Shown here piece after piece: positions 10,901 through 20,648 of a stretch of 32,000 nt of DNA. The first letter of the stretch is position 1. Each line of letters begins with the position of its first letter. The notes below the pieces were generated by a model. The model was not told the DNA's origin and searched no databases. It saw only the letters and a program-made list of their open reading frames with translations. Source of the stretch: Escherichia coli (GTDB lineage: Bacteria; Pseudomonadota; Gammaproteobacteria; Enterobacterales; Enterobacteriaceae); the NCBI RefSeq assembly GCF_013282335.1, contig NZ_CP043406.1; one strand, given 5' to 3'. The position numbers and the translations under genes are program-made.

Positions 10901-12292
10901 TTAACGGTGTGCCAGTTCGGCGTCGTCTTCGCTATCCAGAATGGCTTTATCGGTTTGCTTCAGCCACTGGCTGGTCAGCGTGCCAGCGGTCATCGAGCCA
11001 CTAACGTTTAGCGCCGTACGCCCCATGTCGATAAGCGGTTCAACGGAGATTAACAGCGCCACCAGGGTAACTGGCAGGCCCATCGCAGGCAGCACAATCA
11101 GTGCGGCGAAAGTTGCACCACCACCGACACCGGCAACGCCTGCGGAACTAACGGTAACAATACCGACCAGCGTCGCAATCCACATCGGGTCCATCGGGTT
11201 AATGCCAACCGTAGGCGCAACCATCACCGCCAGCATCGCCGGATACAAACCGGCACAGCCGTTCTGACCAATGGTTGCACCGAAAGAGGCGGCGAAACTG
11301 GCGATGGATTCAGGAACACCCAGACGACGCGTTTGTGCTTCCACATTCAGTGGGATAGACGCAGCACTGGAACGGCTGGTAAAGGCAAACGTCAGTACTG
11401 GCCATACCTTACGGAAGTACTTCAGCGGGCTCACGCCATTAATACCCAGCAGAAGGCCATGCACTGCAAACATAATCAGAAGACCGAGGTAGGACGCGAC
11501 AACGAAACTTCCCAGTTTGATGATGTCTTGCAGGTTAGAACCTGCAACCACTTTGGTCATCAGCGCCAGAACGCCGTAAGGGGTCAACTGCATGACCAGG
11601 CGAACCAGCTTCATTACCCAGCTTTGCAGGGTATCGATAGCGGTTAAGACGCGTTCACCTTTCGGCGCATCATCCTTCAGCAGTTTCAGCGCAGCTACAC
11701 CGAGGAATGCGGCAAAAATTACCACGCTGATAATTGACGTCGGATTGGCTCCGGTCAGATCGGCAAACGGGTTTTTCGGGATAAAGGACAAGACCAGCTG
11801 CGGAACGCTCAGGTCAGAGACTTTACCAACATAGTTACTTTCAATGGCGTTCAGACGTGCAGTTTCTGCACCACCCTGAACCAGACCTTCAGCCGTCAAA
11901 CCAAACAGGTTGGTGACCAGCACACCGACCAGCGCCGCAATCAGCGTGGTAAACAAAAGCGTACCGATGGTCAGAAAACTGATTTTGCCTAACTGAGATG
12001 CGTTATGCAGACGGGCAACCGCGCTCAGAATAGAGGCGAAGACTAACGGCATAACGATCATTTGCAGCAGTTGAACATAGCCGTTACCAACAATGTTAAA
12101 CCACTGTACAGAATCTTTAAGTACCTGGCTGTCAGAACCATAAATGGTATGCAGGGCAAGGCCAAAAACCACACCCATCACCAGACCCACCAGCACTTTT
12201 TTCGCCAGACTCCACTGTTTATGGCGGGTCTGAGCCAGCGCAAACAGCAGTACAACGAACACCACGATGTTCGCAATTAATGGAAAGTTCAT
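10901..12292 (-). CDS. tcyP: L-cystine:cation symporter TcyP (dicarboxylate/amino acid:cation symporter family)
   Basis: 463-aa ORF; DAACS family motifs ([25 protein letters not shown]). Confidence 0.95.
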   Translation of the reverse strand: MNFPLIANIVVFVVLLFALAQTRHKQWSLAKKVLVGLVMGVVFGLALHTIYGSDSQVLKDSVQWFNIVGNGYVQLLQMIVMPLVFASILSAVARLHNASQLGKISFLTIGTLLFTTLIAALVGVLVTNLFGLTAEGLVQGGAETARLNAIESNYVGKVSDLSVPQLVLSFIPKNPFADLTGANPTSIISVVIFAAFLGVAALKLLKDDAPKGERVLTAIDTLQSWVMKLVRLVMQLTPYGVLALMTKVVAGSNLQDIIKLGSFVVASYLGLLIMFAVHGLLLGINGVSPLKYFRKVWPVLTFAFTSRSSAASIPLNVEAQTRRLGVPESIASFAASFGATIGQNGCAGLYPAMLAVMVAPTVGINPMDPMWIATLVGIVTVSSAGVAGVGGGATFAALIVLPAMGLPVTLVALLISVEPLIDMGRTALNVSGSMTAGTLTSQWLKQTDKAILDSEDDAELAHR

Positions 12293-12424
12293 CCCCGTTC
12301 TCCTGATCTTATTATTTCTATCACTGCGTAGCAGTCATAGTGTTGGCGCAAGATTAACAGAACTGTGAGCTGGCTCTTATATTCAAATGGAATTGCTTAT
12401 TCCAGAAAGGTGATTTTTGCCTTT

Positions 12425-13015
12425 TTAGTATTCAACCTGATGCTTAATAAGCCGATGAAACTGGATCTGCAAAGTATTGATCATTTGCGATGACCAACGA
12501 ACAGCGCTGTTTTCGGGTAATGAATGGGGCATCCATACCGACCAGACAAATAATGCCATGCAGATAAAACGTTCCAGTTGGTTGCCCTTTTGGGGAACCA
12601 GGATAGGCAAGCGGAAACGCCAGCGGCATGGCCAGAGCAGGGGAACACCGGCGGGTGTCAGCATATCGGCAAGTATGTGGCTCAAATAACCCAGCACCAT
12701 TCCTTGTAGCGCATCAGCCGGAATGAACCAGCTTTCAGGAACCTTAAGGTAAAAGGTTGCCAGCAGCGCAAATACCGCCAGCAGACTGTGGGTAAAACCA
12801 CGATGCCCAAAAGCGCGGGCGATCGGTTTTGATATCCACTTTAATCGCTGCCCAAGAAACGACTTTGGGTGATCGATGTCCGGTAACAAACACGTCAGGA
12901 TTGCGGAAGGGACAATATGCCACCAGTCACCCTGTGCCAGCACGGGCGTCAGCTCGGCATTTTTGGCAAATACCGCACAAGCAATAGAAAAGAGAAGGTG
13001 ACCTTCCGCCGTCAT
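12425..13015 (-). CDS. ydjM: Predicted inner-membrane metal-dependent hydrolase (YdjM, LexA regulon)
   Basis: ORF track 12425..13027; likely start is the second Met (MTAEGHLLFS) at 13015, giving 196 aa. HxxxxH/D motifs LPDIDHP, GHRGFTHS. Confidence 0.92.
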   Translation of the reverse strand: MTAEGHLLFSIACAVFAKNAELTPVLAQGDWWHIVPSAILTCLLPDIDHPKSFLGQRLKWISKPIARAFGHRGFTHSLLAVFALLATFYLKVPESWFIPADALQGMVLGYLSHILADMLTPAGVPLLWPCRWRFRLPILVPQKGNQLERFICMALFVWSVWMPHSLPENSAVRWSSQMINTLQIQFHRLIKHQVEY

Positions 13016-13029
13016 GATAAAACTCACTA

Positions 13030-13049
13030 AACTGTCGATACGTACAGTA
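13030..13049 (-). promoter_or_regulatory. LexA (SOS) box 1 upstream of ydjM
   Basis: AACTGTCGATACGTACAGTA: CTG-N10-CAG with near-consensus flanks. Confidence 0.9.
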
Positions 13050-13067
13050 TAGGATTTTTATACAGTG
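13048..13067 (-). promoter_or_regulatory. LexA (SOS) box 2 upstream of ydjM, degenerate half-site
   Basis: Minus-strand CACTGTATAAAAATCCTATA; one perfect half (CTGTATA), other half imperfect; abuts box 1. Confidence 0.75.
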
Positions 13068-13145
13068 CGCGGAAGTGGTGACGGTGTAACTCTTTCTCTT
13101 AAATTGACGATTAATCCGTCAGTTGAATGCAAATTCAGATAAAGA

Positions 13146-13175
13146 ACCAGGGGCAGCGTGATCACTGCCCCTGGT
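13146..13175 (-). terminator. Strong hairpin just downstream of hxpB
   Basis: ACCAGGGGCAG (13146-13156) / CTGCCCCTGGT (13165-13175), 11-bp perfect stem adjacent to the hxpB stop at 13178; a T-rich tract follows on the minus strand. Confidence 0.7.
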
Positions 13176-13177
13176 CA

Positions 13178-13846
13178 TTAACCGAGAAGGTCTTTTGCGG
13201 TGAGTTCTGTCAGTGATGAGAGTTTGACGTTTGCTAATACAAAACGTGGATCATTTTGCGCTTCTGGCGCAGGAACGACGATGGAACGCATGCGGGCTGC
13301 TTTAGAGGCGATCATGCCATTTACTGAATCTTCCAGCGCTACGCAGGTCAGTGGGTCAACGCCCAGTTTTGCTGCGCAGTCGAGATATACTTGCGGATGC
13401 GGCTTGCTGTAAGGCAGTTTTTCAGCCGAGGCGAGGGCATCGAAACTGTCGCGTAAGTCAAACATGGTCAACACTTTTTCCAGCATATGTAGTGGTGACG
13501 CGGAGGCCAGTCCCACCAATAAACCTTGTTCTTTGCATAACGCAACGGCTTCGCGCACGCCTGGTAATAATGGACGTGTCTCTTCAACCAGTGAAATGGC
13601 ACGGGCAATAACCCGTTCTACTACTTCCTGACGGCTTGGCCCATTCCACGGTTGCCGGGCGTACCAAAGATCGACCACCATATCGATACGTAAACCTAAG
13701 GTGTCCGGCAGCTCGTTACGACGGGAGATATCCACCCCCAGGCTTGCCATCACATCCAGTTCGGCTCGATCCCATAAAGGTTCTGAGTCGATAAGTAATC
13801 CATCCATATCAAAAATTGCAGCAAGAATCTGACGCGGGGTTGACAT
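13178..13846 (-). CDS. hxpB: Hexitol/2-deoxyglucose-6-phosphate phosphatase (HAD superfamily)
   Basis: 222-aa ORF; HAD motif I FDMDGLLIDSE. Confidence 0.95.
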   Translation of the reverse strand: MSTPRQILAAIFDMDGLLIDSEPLWDRAELDVMASLGVDISRRNELPDTLGLRIDMVVDLWYARQPWNGPSRQEVVERVIARAISLVEETRPLLPGVREAVALCKEQGLLVGLASASPLHMLEKVLTMFDLRDSFDALASAEKLPYSKPHPQVYLDCAAKLGVDPLTCVALEDSVNGMIASKAARMRSIVVPAPEAQNDPRFVLANVKLSSLTELTAKDLLG

Positions 13847-13992
13847 TACAACCTCTCCTTTAGAGCATTATGTGTAAGGTATTAAGCCGTGCTTATGATT
13901 AAGCGCCTATCATATCGCCTTTAAAGAATGGGCGAAAACAGATATCTACAGGTAAACTAAGTGAAACGACGCGTCTTAATCAAGGAGAACTC

Positions 13993-14529
13993 ATGACGTA
14001 TCAACAAGCTGGACGCATTGCTGTTTTGAAAAGGATTTTGGGTTGGGTGATTTTTATACCTGCATTGATCTCTACACTGATTTCTTTGCTGAAATTTATG
14101 AATACCCGGCAGGAAAACCAGGAAGGCATTAATGCGGTCATGCTCGACTTTACTCATGTCATGATCGATATGATGCAGGCGAATACGCCTTTTTTGAATC
14201 TGTTCTGGTATAACTCCCCGACGCCCAATTTTAATGGTGGCGTGAACGTTATGTTCTGGGTGATTTTCATCCTGATTTTTGTCGGACTGGCGTTGCAGGA
14301 TTCCGGTGCCCGGATGAGTCGCCAGGCGCGCTTCTTGCGGGAAGGTGTTGAAGATCAACTCATTCTGGAAAAAGCCAAAGGGGAAGAGGGGCTAACGCGT
14401 GAACAAATTGAGTCACGTATTGTTGTGCCGCACCATACTATTTTCCTGCAGTTTTTCTCGCTGTATATCCTGCCGGTTATTTGTATTGCTGCAGGTTATG
14501 TGTTCTTTTCTCTGCTGGGGTTTATTTAA
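13993..14529 (+). CDS. yniB: Inner membrane protein YniB
   Basis: 178-aa ORF with several hydrophobic segments; position between hxpB and yniA. Confidence 0.92.
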   Translation: MTYQQAGRIAVLKRILGWVIFIPALISTLISLLKFMNTRQENQEGINAVMLDFTHVMIDMMQANTPFLNLFWYNSPTPNFNGGVNVMFWVIFILIFVGLALQDSGARMSRQARFLREGVEDQLILEKAKGEEGLTREQIESRIVVPHHTIFLQFFSLYILPVICIAAGYVFFSLLGFI

Positions 14530-14531
14530 TC

Positions 14532-14552
14532 AAAAGGCCGCACGGAGCGGCC
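14532..14552 (-). terminator. Hairpin between convergent yniB and yniA, T-run on the yniA side
   Basis: GGCCGC (14536-14541) / GCGGCC (14547-14552); minus-strand downstream reads TTTTG. Confidence 0.6.
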
Positions 14553-14569
14553 ATTATCCTCAACCCGTA

Positions 14570-15430
14570 TCATGCTGCTAATAATCTATCCAGTGACTGC
14601 TGAGCAATAACCAAATGCTGACCGCCAAATAACCTTGCACGATTTAACAGCGTGTAGAGTTGGTAAACCGGTTGACGTTCAAGGAAATCGGCAGGTAGCG
14701 GGGATACTGACTGATAGCCGTCATAGATTTGTGGCGGCTGTTCAGTATGCAGCGGTAACATCGCCAGGTCGCACTCTCGGTCACCCCAGTAGCAGGCCGG
14801 GTCGAAAATGTACGGGCCATCCGGACCCAGCGCACAGTTGCCGGACCATAAATCGCCGTGCAACAGAGAAGGCTGCGGTTGATGCGAGGCCAGACGCTGC
14901 TGAATATGCTCGACGATGGCATCGATATTGCCGAAAGCGATCCCTTTTTCTGCCGCCAGTTCCAGCTGCCAGCCAATCCGTTGTTCAGCAAAAAAAGTTG
15001 ACCAGCGACGTTGCCAGGTGTTGGGCTGGGGAGTTGTGGAGAGCGCGTTATCGAAATCGAGGCCAAATTGCGGTTGGTCGCTCCATTGATGTAAACGCGC
15101 AATTTGCTGACCAAGAATAAATGCGCTATGCGCATCCAGCGGGCGAGGTGGGAGATAGTCCATCACCAGAAAACTGTAGTCACGGTCAGCGCCAACTGCC
15201 CAAACCTTAGGCACGGTGACGGTTTTACTACGCGACAGTAACTCCAGTTGGTCGGCTTCGGCGGTAAAACCGGGAAGCAGTTCCCTTTCATCACATTTGA
15301 CGAAAAAGTCACGTCCTGCATAGCGCAAATGCCATGCGGCATGGACTTCTCCGCCAGGCAGTTCATTACGCAGTTCGATTTCGCCTTCACCTAACTGCTC
15401 GCTCAAAAGACGACTGATTGCCTGCCACAT
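14570..15430 (-). CDS. yniA: Fructosamine kinase-family protein YniA
   Basis: 286-aa ORF; aminoglycoside-phosphotransferase-like motif PSLLHGDLWSGN and FDPACYWGDRECDLAM. Confidence 0.94.
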   Translation of the reverse strand: MWQAISRLLSEQLGEGEIELRNELPGGEVHAAWHLRYAGRDFFVKCDERELLPGFTAEADQLELLSRSKTVTVPKVWAVGADRDYSFLVMDYLPPRPLDAHSAFILGQQIARLHQWSDQPQFGLDFDNALSTTPQPNTWQRRWSTFFAEQRIGWQLELAAEKGIAFGNIDAIVEHIQQRLASHQPQPSLLHGDLWSGNCALGPDGPYIFDPACYWGDRECDLAMLPLHTEQPPQIYDGYQSVSPLPADFLERQPVYQLYTLLNRARLFGGQHLVIAQQSLDRLLAA

Positions 15431-15535
15431 GATGTCTCTCCCATGTTGTCTGCCAGATCATAAGGTTAGCGCAAGAATGCGGTGTAAAAACACGAGCTAA
15501 CGCACACCACAGACTGATTATTGCCCAAAAACCAT

Positions 15536-15826
15536 TTATTTTCTGTTGCTATTCCATTCCTCCCAGGTCGTGATGGTGATTTCAGGATCTTTGCCGGTTG
15601 CACTTTGGGTAAGCCCCGAAACCAGTTCTCTAATTTCTTCTTCACTTTGGGTACTGATAAGTCCAAAAGTGTTAGTCCCCAGCTCATGGATATTTCCATC
15701 ATCATCCGTCATGGTGAGCAAAAAACCGTCGCGAGTCAGGTAATTATTCAACTCGTTAATTTCAGTCAATGTATCCTCGTGCAACATGACGGTTATGACA
15801 TAACGGACAAGATCGCCACTGGCCAT
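15536..15826 (-). CDS. ydiZ: Uncharacterised protein YdiZ
   Basis: 96-aa ORF, recognised small protein upstream of yniA. Confidence 0.88.
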   Translation of the reverse strand: MASGDLVRYVITVMLHEDTLTEINELNNYLTRDGFLLTMTDDDGNIHELGTNTFGLISTQSEEEIRELVSGLTQSATGKDPEITITTWEEWNSNRK

Positions 15827-15926
15827 AGTTCACCCCTTTGTTATCACATGACTTTTGAGCATAGTCGGAGAAACGCGTTGCCGACAGGTTGGTGGTGATT
15901 CCCCCAATGCAGGGGGAATGTTTCAG

Positions 15927-16856
15927 TTAGCGGGAAAGGTAAGCGTAAATTTTTTGTGTATCGTCTTGGGAGCACAGGCGTGTTCCCTGATTGAGTGTGG
16001 CTGCACTCCCCGCAGCTACGCCAAAACGGACCATCTCTTCAAGAGAGGCATTTTCTGCCAGTTTCAGTGTCATCGCGCCGACCATGCTGTCACCAGCGCC
16101 AACGGTGCTCTGGCTTTTCACCGGTGGTGGCACAACCTGAATGCAGTTTTCACTATCAACGCCCAGCGCCCCTTGTGGACCCAGGGAAACGACAACTCGT
16201 TTGGCCTTGCCGCTATTAACGATTTCCTGCGCGGCTTTGCGGACATCGTCTGGCTGGGTGAGTTCGCGATTCACTAGCGCACTGAGTTCTTTTTGGTTAG
16301 GCTTAACCAACTCGATATTACCAATCGCCAGTGCTGCACTTAACGCTTCGCCAGAACTGTCGACGATGCAGCGAATCCCTTGTTTTTGCGCAGCGGAAAT
16401 CAGTTGGGTTAATTTTTCCAGCTTCACACCTGGCGGCAGGCTTCCGCTTATGACCAGAATGGCCCCGGATTCAATTTCCAGAACTTGCTCTTCAAGCTGG
16501 CGAAACTCATCTTCATTTAATGCCGCGCCTGGCATAACAAAACGATACTGCTCACCGCTTGCTTCCACATGTACGTGTAAATTCTGCCGGGTCCAGTCTT
16601 TGGCTTCTACAGTAGCGACGGGGACATTTTCATCTGCCAACAGTGAAACCAGATGTTCGCCGGTCGCACCACCCGCCGGGAAGATCGCTGTGGCACTGCC
16701 TCCAAGATGGGCAATGGCGCGGGCGACGTTGATGCCGCCGCCTCCGGGTTCGAATACTGGTGCGGTACAGCGCAGCTTTCCTTCGGGATAAATTTGCGGG
16801 GTAATTGTTGCGCTATCGAGAGAGGGCGCAAGTGTCAACGTATAGATACGTACCAT
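15927..16856 (-). CDS. pfkB: 6-phosphofructokinase 2 (PfkB/ribokinase family)
   Basis: 309 aa from the second Met of the track ORF; GGGGINVARA and STVGAGDSMVGA motifs. Confidence 0.96.
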   Translation of the reverse strand: MVRIYTLTLAPSLDSATITPQIYPEGKLRCTAPVFEPGGGGINVARAIAHLGGSATAIFPAGGATGEHLVSLLADENVPVATVEAKDWTRQNLHVHVEASGEQYRFVMPGAALNEDEFRQLEEQVLEIESGAILVISGSLPPGVKLEKLTQLISAAQKQGIRCIVDSSGEALSAALAIGNIELVKPNQKELSALVNRELTQPDDVRKAAQEIVNSGKAKRVVVSLGPQGALGVDSENCIQVVPPPVKSQSTVGAGDSMVGAMTLKLAENASLEEMVRFGVAAGSAATLNQGTRLCSQDDTQKIYAYLSR

Positions 16857-17021
16857 CATTTCCTCCTATAGGCTGATTTCAGTCTGGCACCGAATCAGCG
16901 GAAAGTGAAGAAATTAACAATATGATTTATTAGAGCTTTATTTAAAATTTTGCAGATAAATATATATAAATAAAAATTTGTTTTCGCCACATGCTTATTC
17001 AAAAAATGAAATAAGAATACA

Positions 17022-17050
17022 TTGCTAAGTTATTCGCGCCTTTTTATAAT
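17022..17050 (+). promoter_or_regulatory. Candidate sigma70 promoter for ydiY
   Basis: TTGCTA (17022-17027) - 17 bp - TATAAT (17045-17050). Confidence 0.6.
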
Positions 17051-17098
17051 TCGTTACCTTTCCAGGGACGCTAATCTTTGATCCTTAAGAAAGTTTCC

Positions 17099-17122
17099 GG
17101 GACCGCGAAGGTCTCTTTTTTT
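17099..17122 (+). terminator. Terminator-like hairpin within the ydiY 5' leader
   Basis: GGGACC / GGTCTC (one G-U) with loop GCGAA, followed immediately by TTTTTTT, about 20 nt before the ydiY ATG. Confidence 0.55.
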
Positions 17123-17142
17123 GTTGTACGGACTCTTGATAA

Positions 17143-17901
17143 ATGAAGCTTTTGAAGACAGTTCCTGCCATCGTTATGTTGGCGGGGGGCATGTTTGCGT
17201 CACTGAATGCAGCTGCCGATGATTCCGTTTTTACTGTCATGGACGATCCTGCCAGCGCTAAAAAACCTTTCGAAGGTAATCTGAACGCAGGATATCTTGC
17301 ACAATCAGGCAATACGAAAAGCTCCTCACTTACGGCTGACACCACCATGACCTGGTATGGACAAACCACTGCCTGGTCGCTGTGGGGGAACGCCAGTAAT
17401 ACTTCTTCTAATGATGAGCGTTCTTCAGAAAAATATGCGGCGGGCGGGCGTAGCCGTTTTAATTTAACTGATTATGACTATTTATTTGGGCAGGCAAGCT
17501 GGCTGACAGACCGTTATAACGGCTATCGAGAGCGCGATGTGTTGACCGCGGGTTATGGTCGCCAGTTTTTGAATGGCCCGGTACACAGTTTCCGCTTTGA
17601 ATTCGGTCCAGGTGTGCGTTACGACAAATATACCGATAATGCCAGTGAAACCCAGCCGCTGGGTTATGCCTCCGGGGCTTATGCATGGCAGTTGACTGAC
17701 AACGCTAAATTTACGCAGGGTGTTTCCGTCTTTGGCGCGGAAGACACAACGCTGAACTCCGAAAGCGCATTAAATGTTGCTATTAATGAACATTTTGGAC
17801 TGAAGGTGGCTTACAACGTCACATGGAACTCTGAACCTCCAGAGTCTGCACCGGAACATACCGATCGTCGGACAACCTTATCGCTGGGCTACAGCATGTA
17901 A
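17143..17901 (+). CDS. ydiY: YdiY, DUF481-family putative salt/acid-induced outer membrane protein
   Basis: 252-aa ORF with signal peptide and beta-rich body. Confidence 0.93.
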   Translation: MKLLKTVPAIVMLAGGMFASLNAAADDSVFTVMDDPASAKKPFEGNLNAGYLAQSGNTKSSSLTADTTMTWYGQTTAWSLWGNASNTSSNDERSSEKYAAGGRSRFNLTDYDYLFGQASWLTDRYNGYRERDVLTAGYGRQFLNGPVHSFRFEFGPGVRYDKYTDNASETQPLGYASGAYAWQLTDNAKFTQGVSVFGAEDTTLNSESALNVAINEHFGLKVAYNVTWNSEPPESAPEHTDRRTTLSLGYSM

Positions 17902-17953
17902 AATTATCTGCCGGACCGTGTTATGCGGTCTGGCTGTCTTCGTTTGTCACTGC

Positions 17954-18061
17954 TCAGCCCCAAATCATTGCTGCCCAACGTAGCAACAACATAGCGCCAC
18001 AGATTGCCAGTAGCACCACCACCATCTTCCAGTGTTTTTTATCAAAGCGTTTAGTCGGCAT
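17954..18061 (-). CDS. yniD: Small membrane protein YniD (35 aa)
   Basis: MPTKRFDKKHWKMVVVLLAICGAMLLLRWAAMIWG, one hydrophobic helix with a basic N-terminus. The track ORF to 18172 is an over-extension. Confidence 0.88.
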   Translation of the reverse strand: MPTKRFDKKHWKMVVVLLAICGAMLLLRWAAMIWG

Positions 18062-18227
18062 ACCAGTGTCCTGCATATCTCTTGTGCGTGATAACGGAGT
18101 GTAACAAAAGGGACAGGCATCAAGGGATTTTTTGTTATTACAGCCGTCGGGTGGCGTTGTACACCTGATCACTGTTTTTGCGGTTTATGAAAAAAATAAA
18201 ATTATGTATCGATATATAAATGTCTGG

Positions 18228-20126
18228 TTATAAATACGTCTTTAGTTCATCAGCACTAAAACTCAGGCTTTGGCTGATTACGTTTATAGCAGCATAATAT
18301 GTTTCTACAGTTTTATAATGATTATGATGAATGGCTATATGAACAGCTGACATGTTGTCATGATTTTTAGCGGCCAACAATGTGAATAACTGACATTGAC
18401 TAAAAGAATATTTTTTTGCAAAAGTACCCAGCGTTGATATATAAGATAACACGACGTCTTTATTACCCTTGCTCATGGCGATGTATAAAGCAGGGGTTCC
18501 ATGTGCTGTTGCGCCTTTTAATAAATCCATGATGTTAATTTTGCTGAGGTTATATTTAACAGCGATTCCATAAACTTTAGAGAGGAACCGTGTGACACAC
18601 AAAGGGTGATTATTTTCCATTGCGGCATATAATCCTGGCTCACCATCACGTGTTTTCATTGCTAAAATATCCATCACCATTTTTTTGCTTAAAAGCTCTT
18701 GTGTTATTGGAGTGGTTAATGCATTCAGAAAGATATCGATTATTTCATCGAATCCATACAACATGGAGATATAGAGTCCAGGTGTTTCGTTAGCACTTTT
18801 AGTTTGCAGTAATTTAACCAGATTATCTTCATGAATGATATGATTATCTACCAGTGACTGAATTTCTTGCATAAATATTTTTACGTTGTCAGTATGTCCG
18901 TTCATCATAGCCAGAAATAAAGCAGGTGTACCAACGCTATTCTGCGCAGTTATTATTTCAATGATTTCTTTTTCAGGGAGTATGGGTAACTGTTTGAATA
19001 ATGTAATAAGCTGTTGAGTCTGGCCTGTGGCCATTATTAACAACATTGCCGATGGATGTATAGGGGCAAATGGCATTCGTGATGCAATACCCGCGAAAAT
19101 AGCCCCTGGAACTCCCTCAGGTAATAGGGGCAGAAAAGCAATTGCACAGTTGCGAACATACCTATCAGCCCAGGTCTGAGCATCGGGACCTGAACTGATG
19201 AACTTATCGAGCGAGAGAAAGCCCCGTGCTGTCCTGTGGGTGCCTCTGACGGCAACGTTGGTATCGTTCGGGTCGTAAACGGACACAACATAATTTAATT
19301 GCCCATACGCTGACTGCTTTATTCGTAGCCTTACTGACAAAGTATGATTGTCTATATATAAAATCGCGGACATATGACTGACATTGTTTGCCATCATTCG
19401 ACAGAAGAAAATATCTAAAGCGAAGCCAAAATCCTTACTCGCGATAACGCGACTCCCTGCAGGAGGATGGCGAAGTAATGATCTGAACTCCGCGTCCCGG
19501 ACTAAGGGAACATGCTGCTGTATGGATTCAACGGAGGAGTAATGTTTAATCAGATTGACTTTGCCTTTTCCATTTCTCAGTGAATCAAGTGCGTATTGCA
19601 ATGACAGATGGCGACAAAAAATAGCGTCAGAAGGAGATTGCGAAAAAAATGCACTACCATTGAGATTTACTGTTGGTTGTATAGTTTTTTCTCTATGGAT
19701 TTTTTTAGACAGTTTCATACAATGGTTACGATTTTCGGCAGTTAACTGTTCCTGTTCAATATAATCCAGTATGCTTCGCAAATGGTTAGCTTTAATAGGC
19801 GTGGTTTCCAGTAATAAGGAAATGATTTCTTTTTTATAGTGTAATGTAATGAGTATATTTTCTGCATGGATGGGTGAAGTGGCAAAGTTAATGGTAAAAA
19901 GGGCAGTGGAATAACAATTTTGTGATATTTTTCGACAGTTTGCGGTAAATTCCTGAGTAACACAGTATGACAGCATCGAACTTAAGTCAGAGGTATCAAG
20001 TAGGGTGATGAGTTGGCGCGCAAATTGATTAATAGGCTCTGATGAAGGCGTTGGTATGTCGCTATCGATGTGCATTCTATGAGGAGACTTATAATGAGTT
20101 CTGATAATAATGTCGTTTTGACTCAT
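18228..20126 (-). CDS. arpB: ArpB: intact ankyrin-like repeat protein with candidate ShET2/EspL-like N-terminal domain
   Basis: Uninterrupted 632-codon ORF; five repeats of the (x)G/ExPxLYxAMxxGxxDxV.xF type; position between ydiY/yniD and thrS. Confidence 0.85.
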   Translation of the reverse strand: MSQNDIIIRTHYKSPHRMHIDSDIPTPSSEPINQFARQLITLLDTSDLSSMLSYCVTQEFTANCRKISQNCYSTALFTINFATSPIHAENILITLHYKKEIISLLLETTPIKANHLRSILDYIEQEQLTAENRNHCMKLSKKIHREKTIQPTVNLNGSAFFSQSPSDAIFCRHLSLQYALDSLRNGKGKVNLIKHYSSVESIQQHVPLVRDAEFRSLLRHPPAGSRVIASKDFGFALDIFFCRMMANNVSHMSAILYIDNHTLSVRLRIKQSAYGQLNYVVSVYDPNDTNVAVRGTHRTARGFLSLDKFISSGPDAQTWADRYVRNCAIAFLPLLPEGVPGAIFAGIASRMPFAPIHPSAMLLIMATGQTQQLITLFKQLPILPEKEIIEIITAQNSVGTPALFLAMMNGHTDNVKIFMQEIQSLVDNHIIHEDNLVKLLQTKSANETPGLYISMLYGFDEIIDIFLNALTTPITQELLSKKMVMDILAMKTRDGEPGLYAAMENNHPLCVTRFLSKVYGIAVKYNLSKINIMDLLKGATAHGTPALYIAMSKGNKDVVLSYISTLGTFAKKYSFSQCQLFTLLAAKNHDNMSAVHIAIHHNHYKTVETYYAAINVISQSLSFSADELKTYL

Positions 20127-20606
20127 AATCTATTCGCCTTATATATGTCTGGAGGTTTTGAGGATGATGATTAATTATTATCGCCAGAACGAAATGTGCA
20201 CGAAAAATTGCTATAAGAATTGTGTCACTTTTATCATTGTGATATGACCACTTCGTCATTAATCTTATGATCGTTTAAATAGTACCGCCAAATCACGCAA
20301 CGAACTTTGCTGGATTCAGTTTATGCTGCTGCAAATCCGCTCGCAGTAAACCTTTCAGACGCTCCGTGATGTTATCAGTGGTTCTTTAAGCGTTTTGCTG
20401 GTGTACTCACTACAAACGAATTGCGAATCGAATCAATGTGAAACGGAAAGGTACAATCTCCCTTTTTTTAGTGTTAACATCGTTCAACCGGGTGGAAGGT
20501 GAGAGGTTAATGTCTTTCATTTGTGTACCTGATTGCGAACCAATTTAGCATTTGTTGGCTAGATGGTTTCGCAATGAACTGTTAATAAACAAATTTTTCT
20601 TTGTAT

Positions 20607-20627
20607 GTGATCTTTCGTGTGGGTCAC
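20607..20627 (+). promoter_or_regulatory. thrS translational operator, tRNA-Thr anticodon-like hairpin (domain 2)
   Basis: GTGATCTTTCGTGTGGGTCAC just upstream of the thrS ATG; matches the known ThrRS autoregulatory operator with CGU in the loop. Confidence 0.8.
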
Positions 20628-20648
20628 CACTGCAAATAAGGATATAAA

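Noticed and set aside
16141-16791. 216-aa plus-strand ORF opposite pfkB
   Set aside because: Ser/Ala/Pro-rich translation of the pfkB complement; no homologous character recognised, pfkB is clearly the real gene.
17954-18172. 72-aa version of yniD
   Set aside because: The first 37 residues (Cys/Pro/Asn-rich) do not look coding; the recognised YniD is the 35-aa product starting at 18061.
19037-19291. Small minus-strand ORFs overlapping arpB (19037..19291, 19742..19963)
   Set aside because: Alternative-frame ORFs within a convincing 632-codon gene; they do not indicate a frameshift because the arpB frame is continuous.
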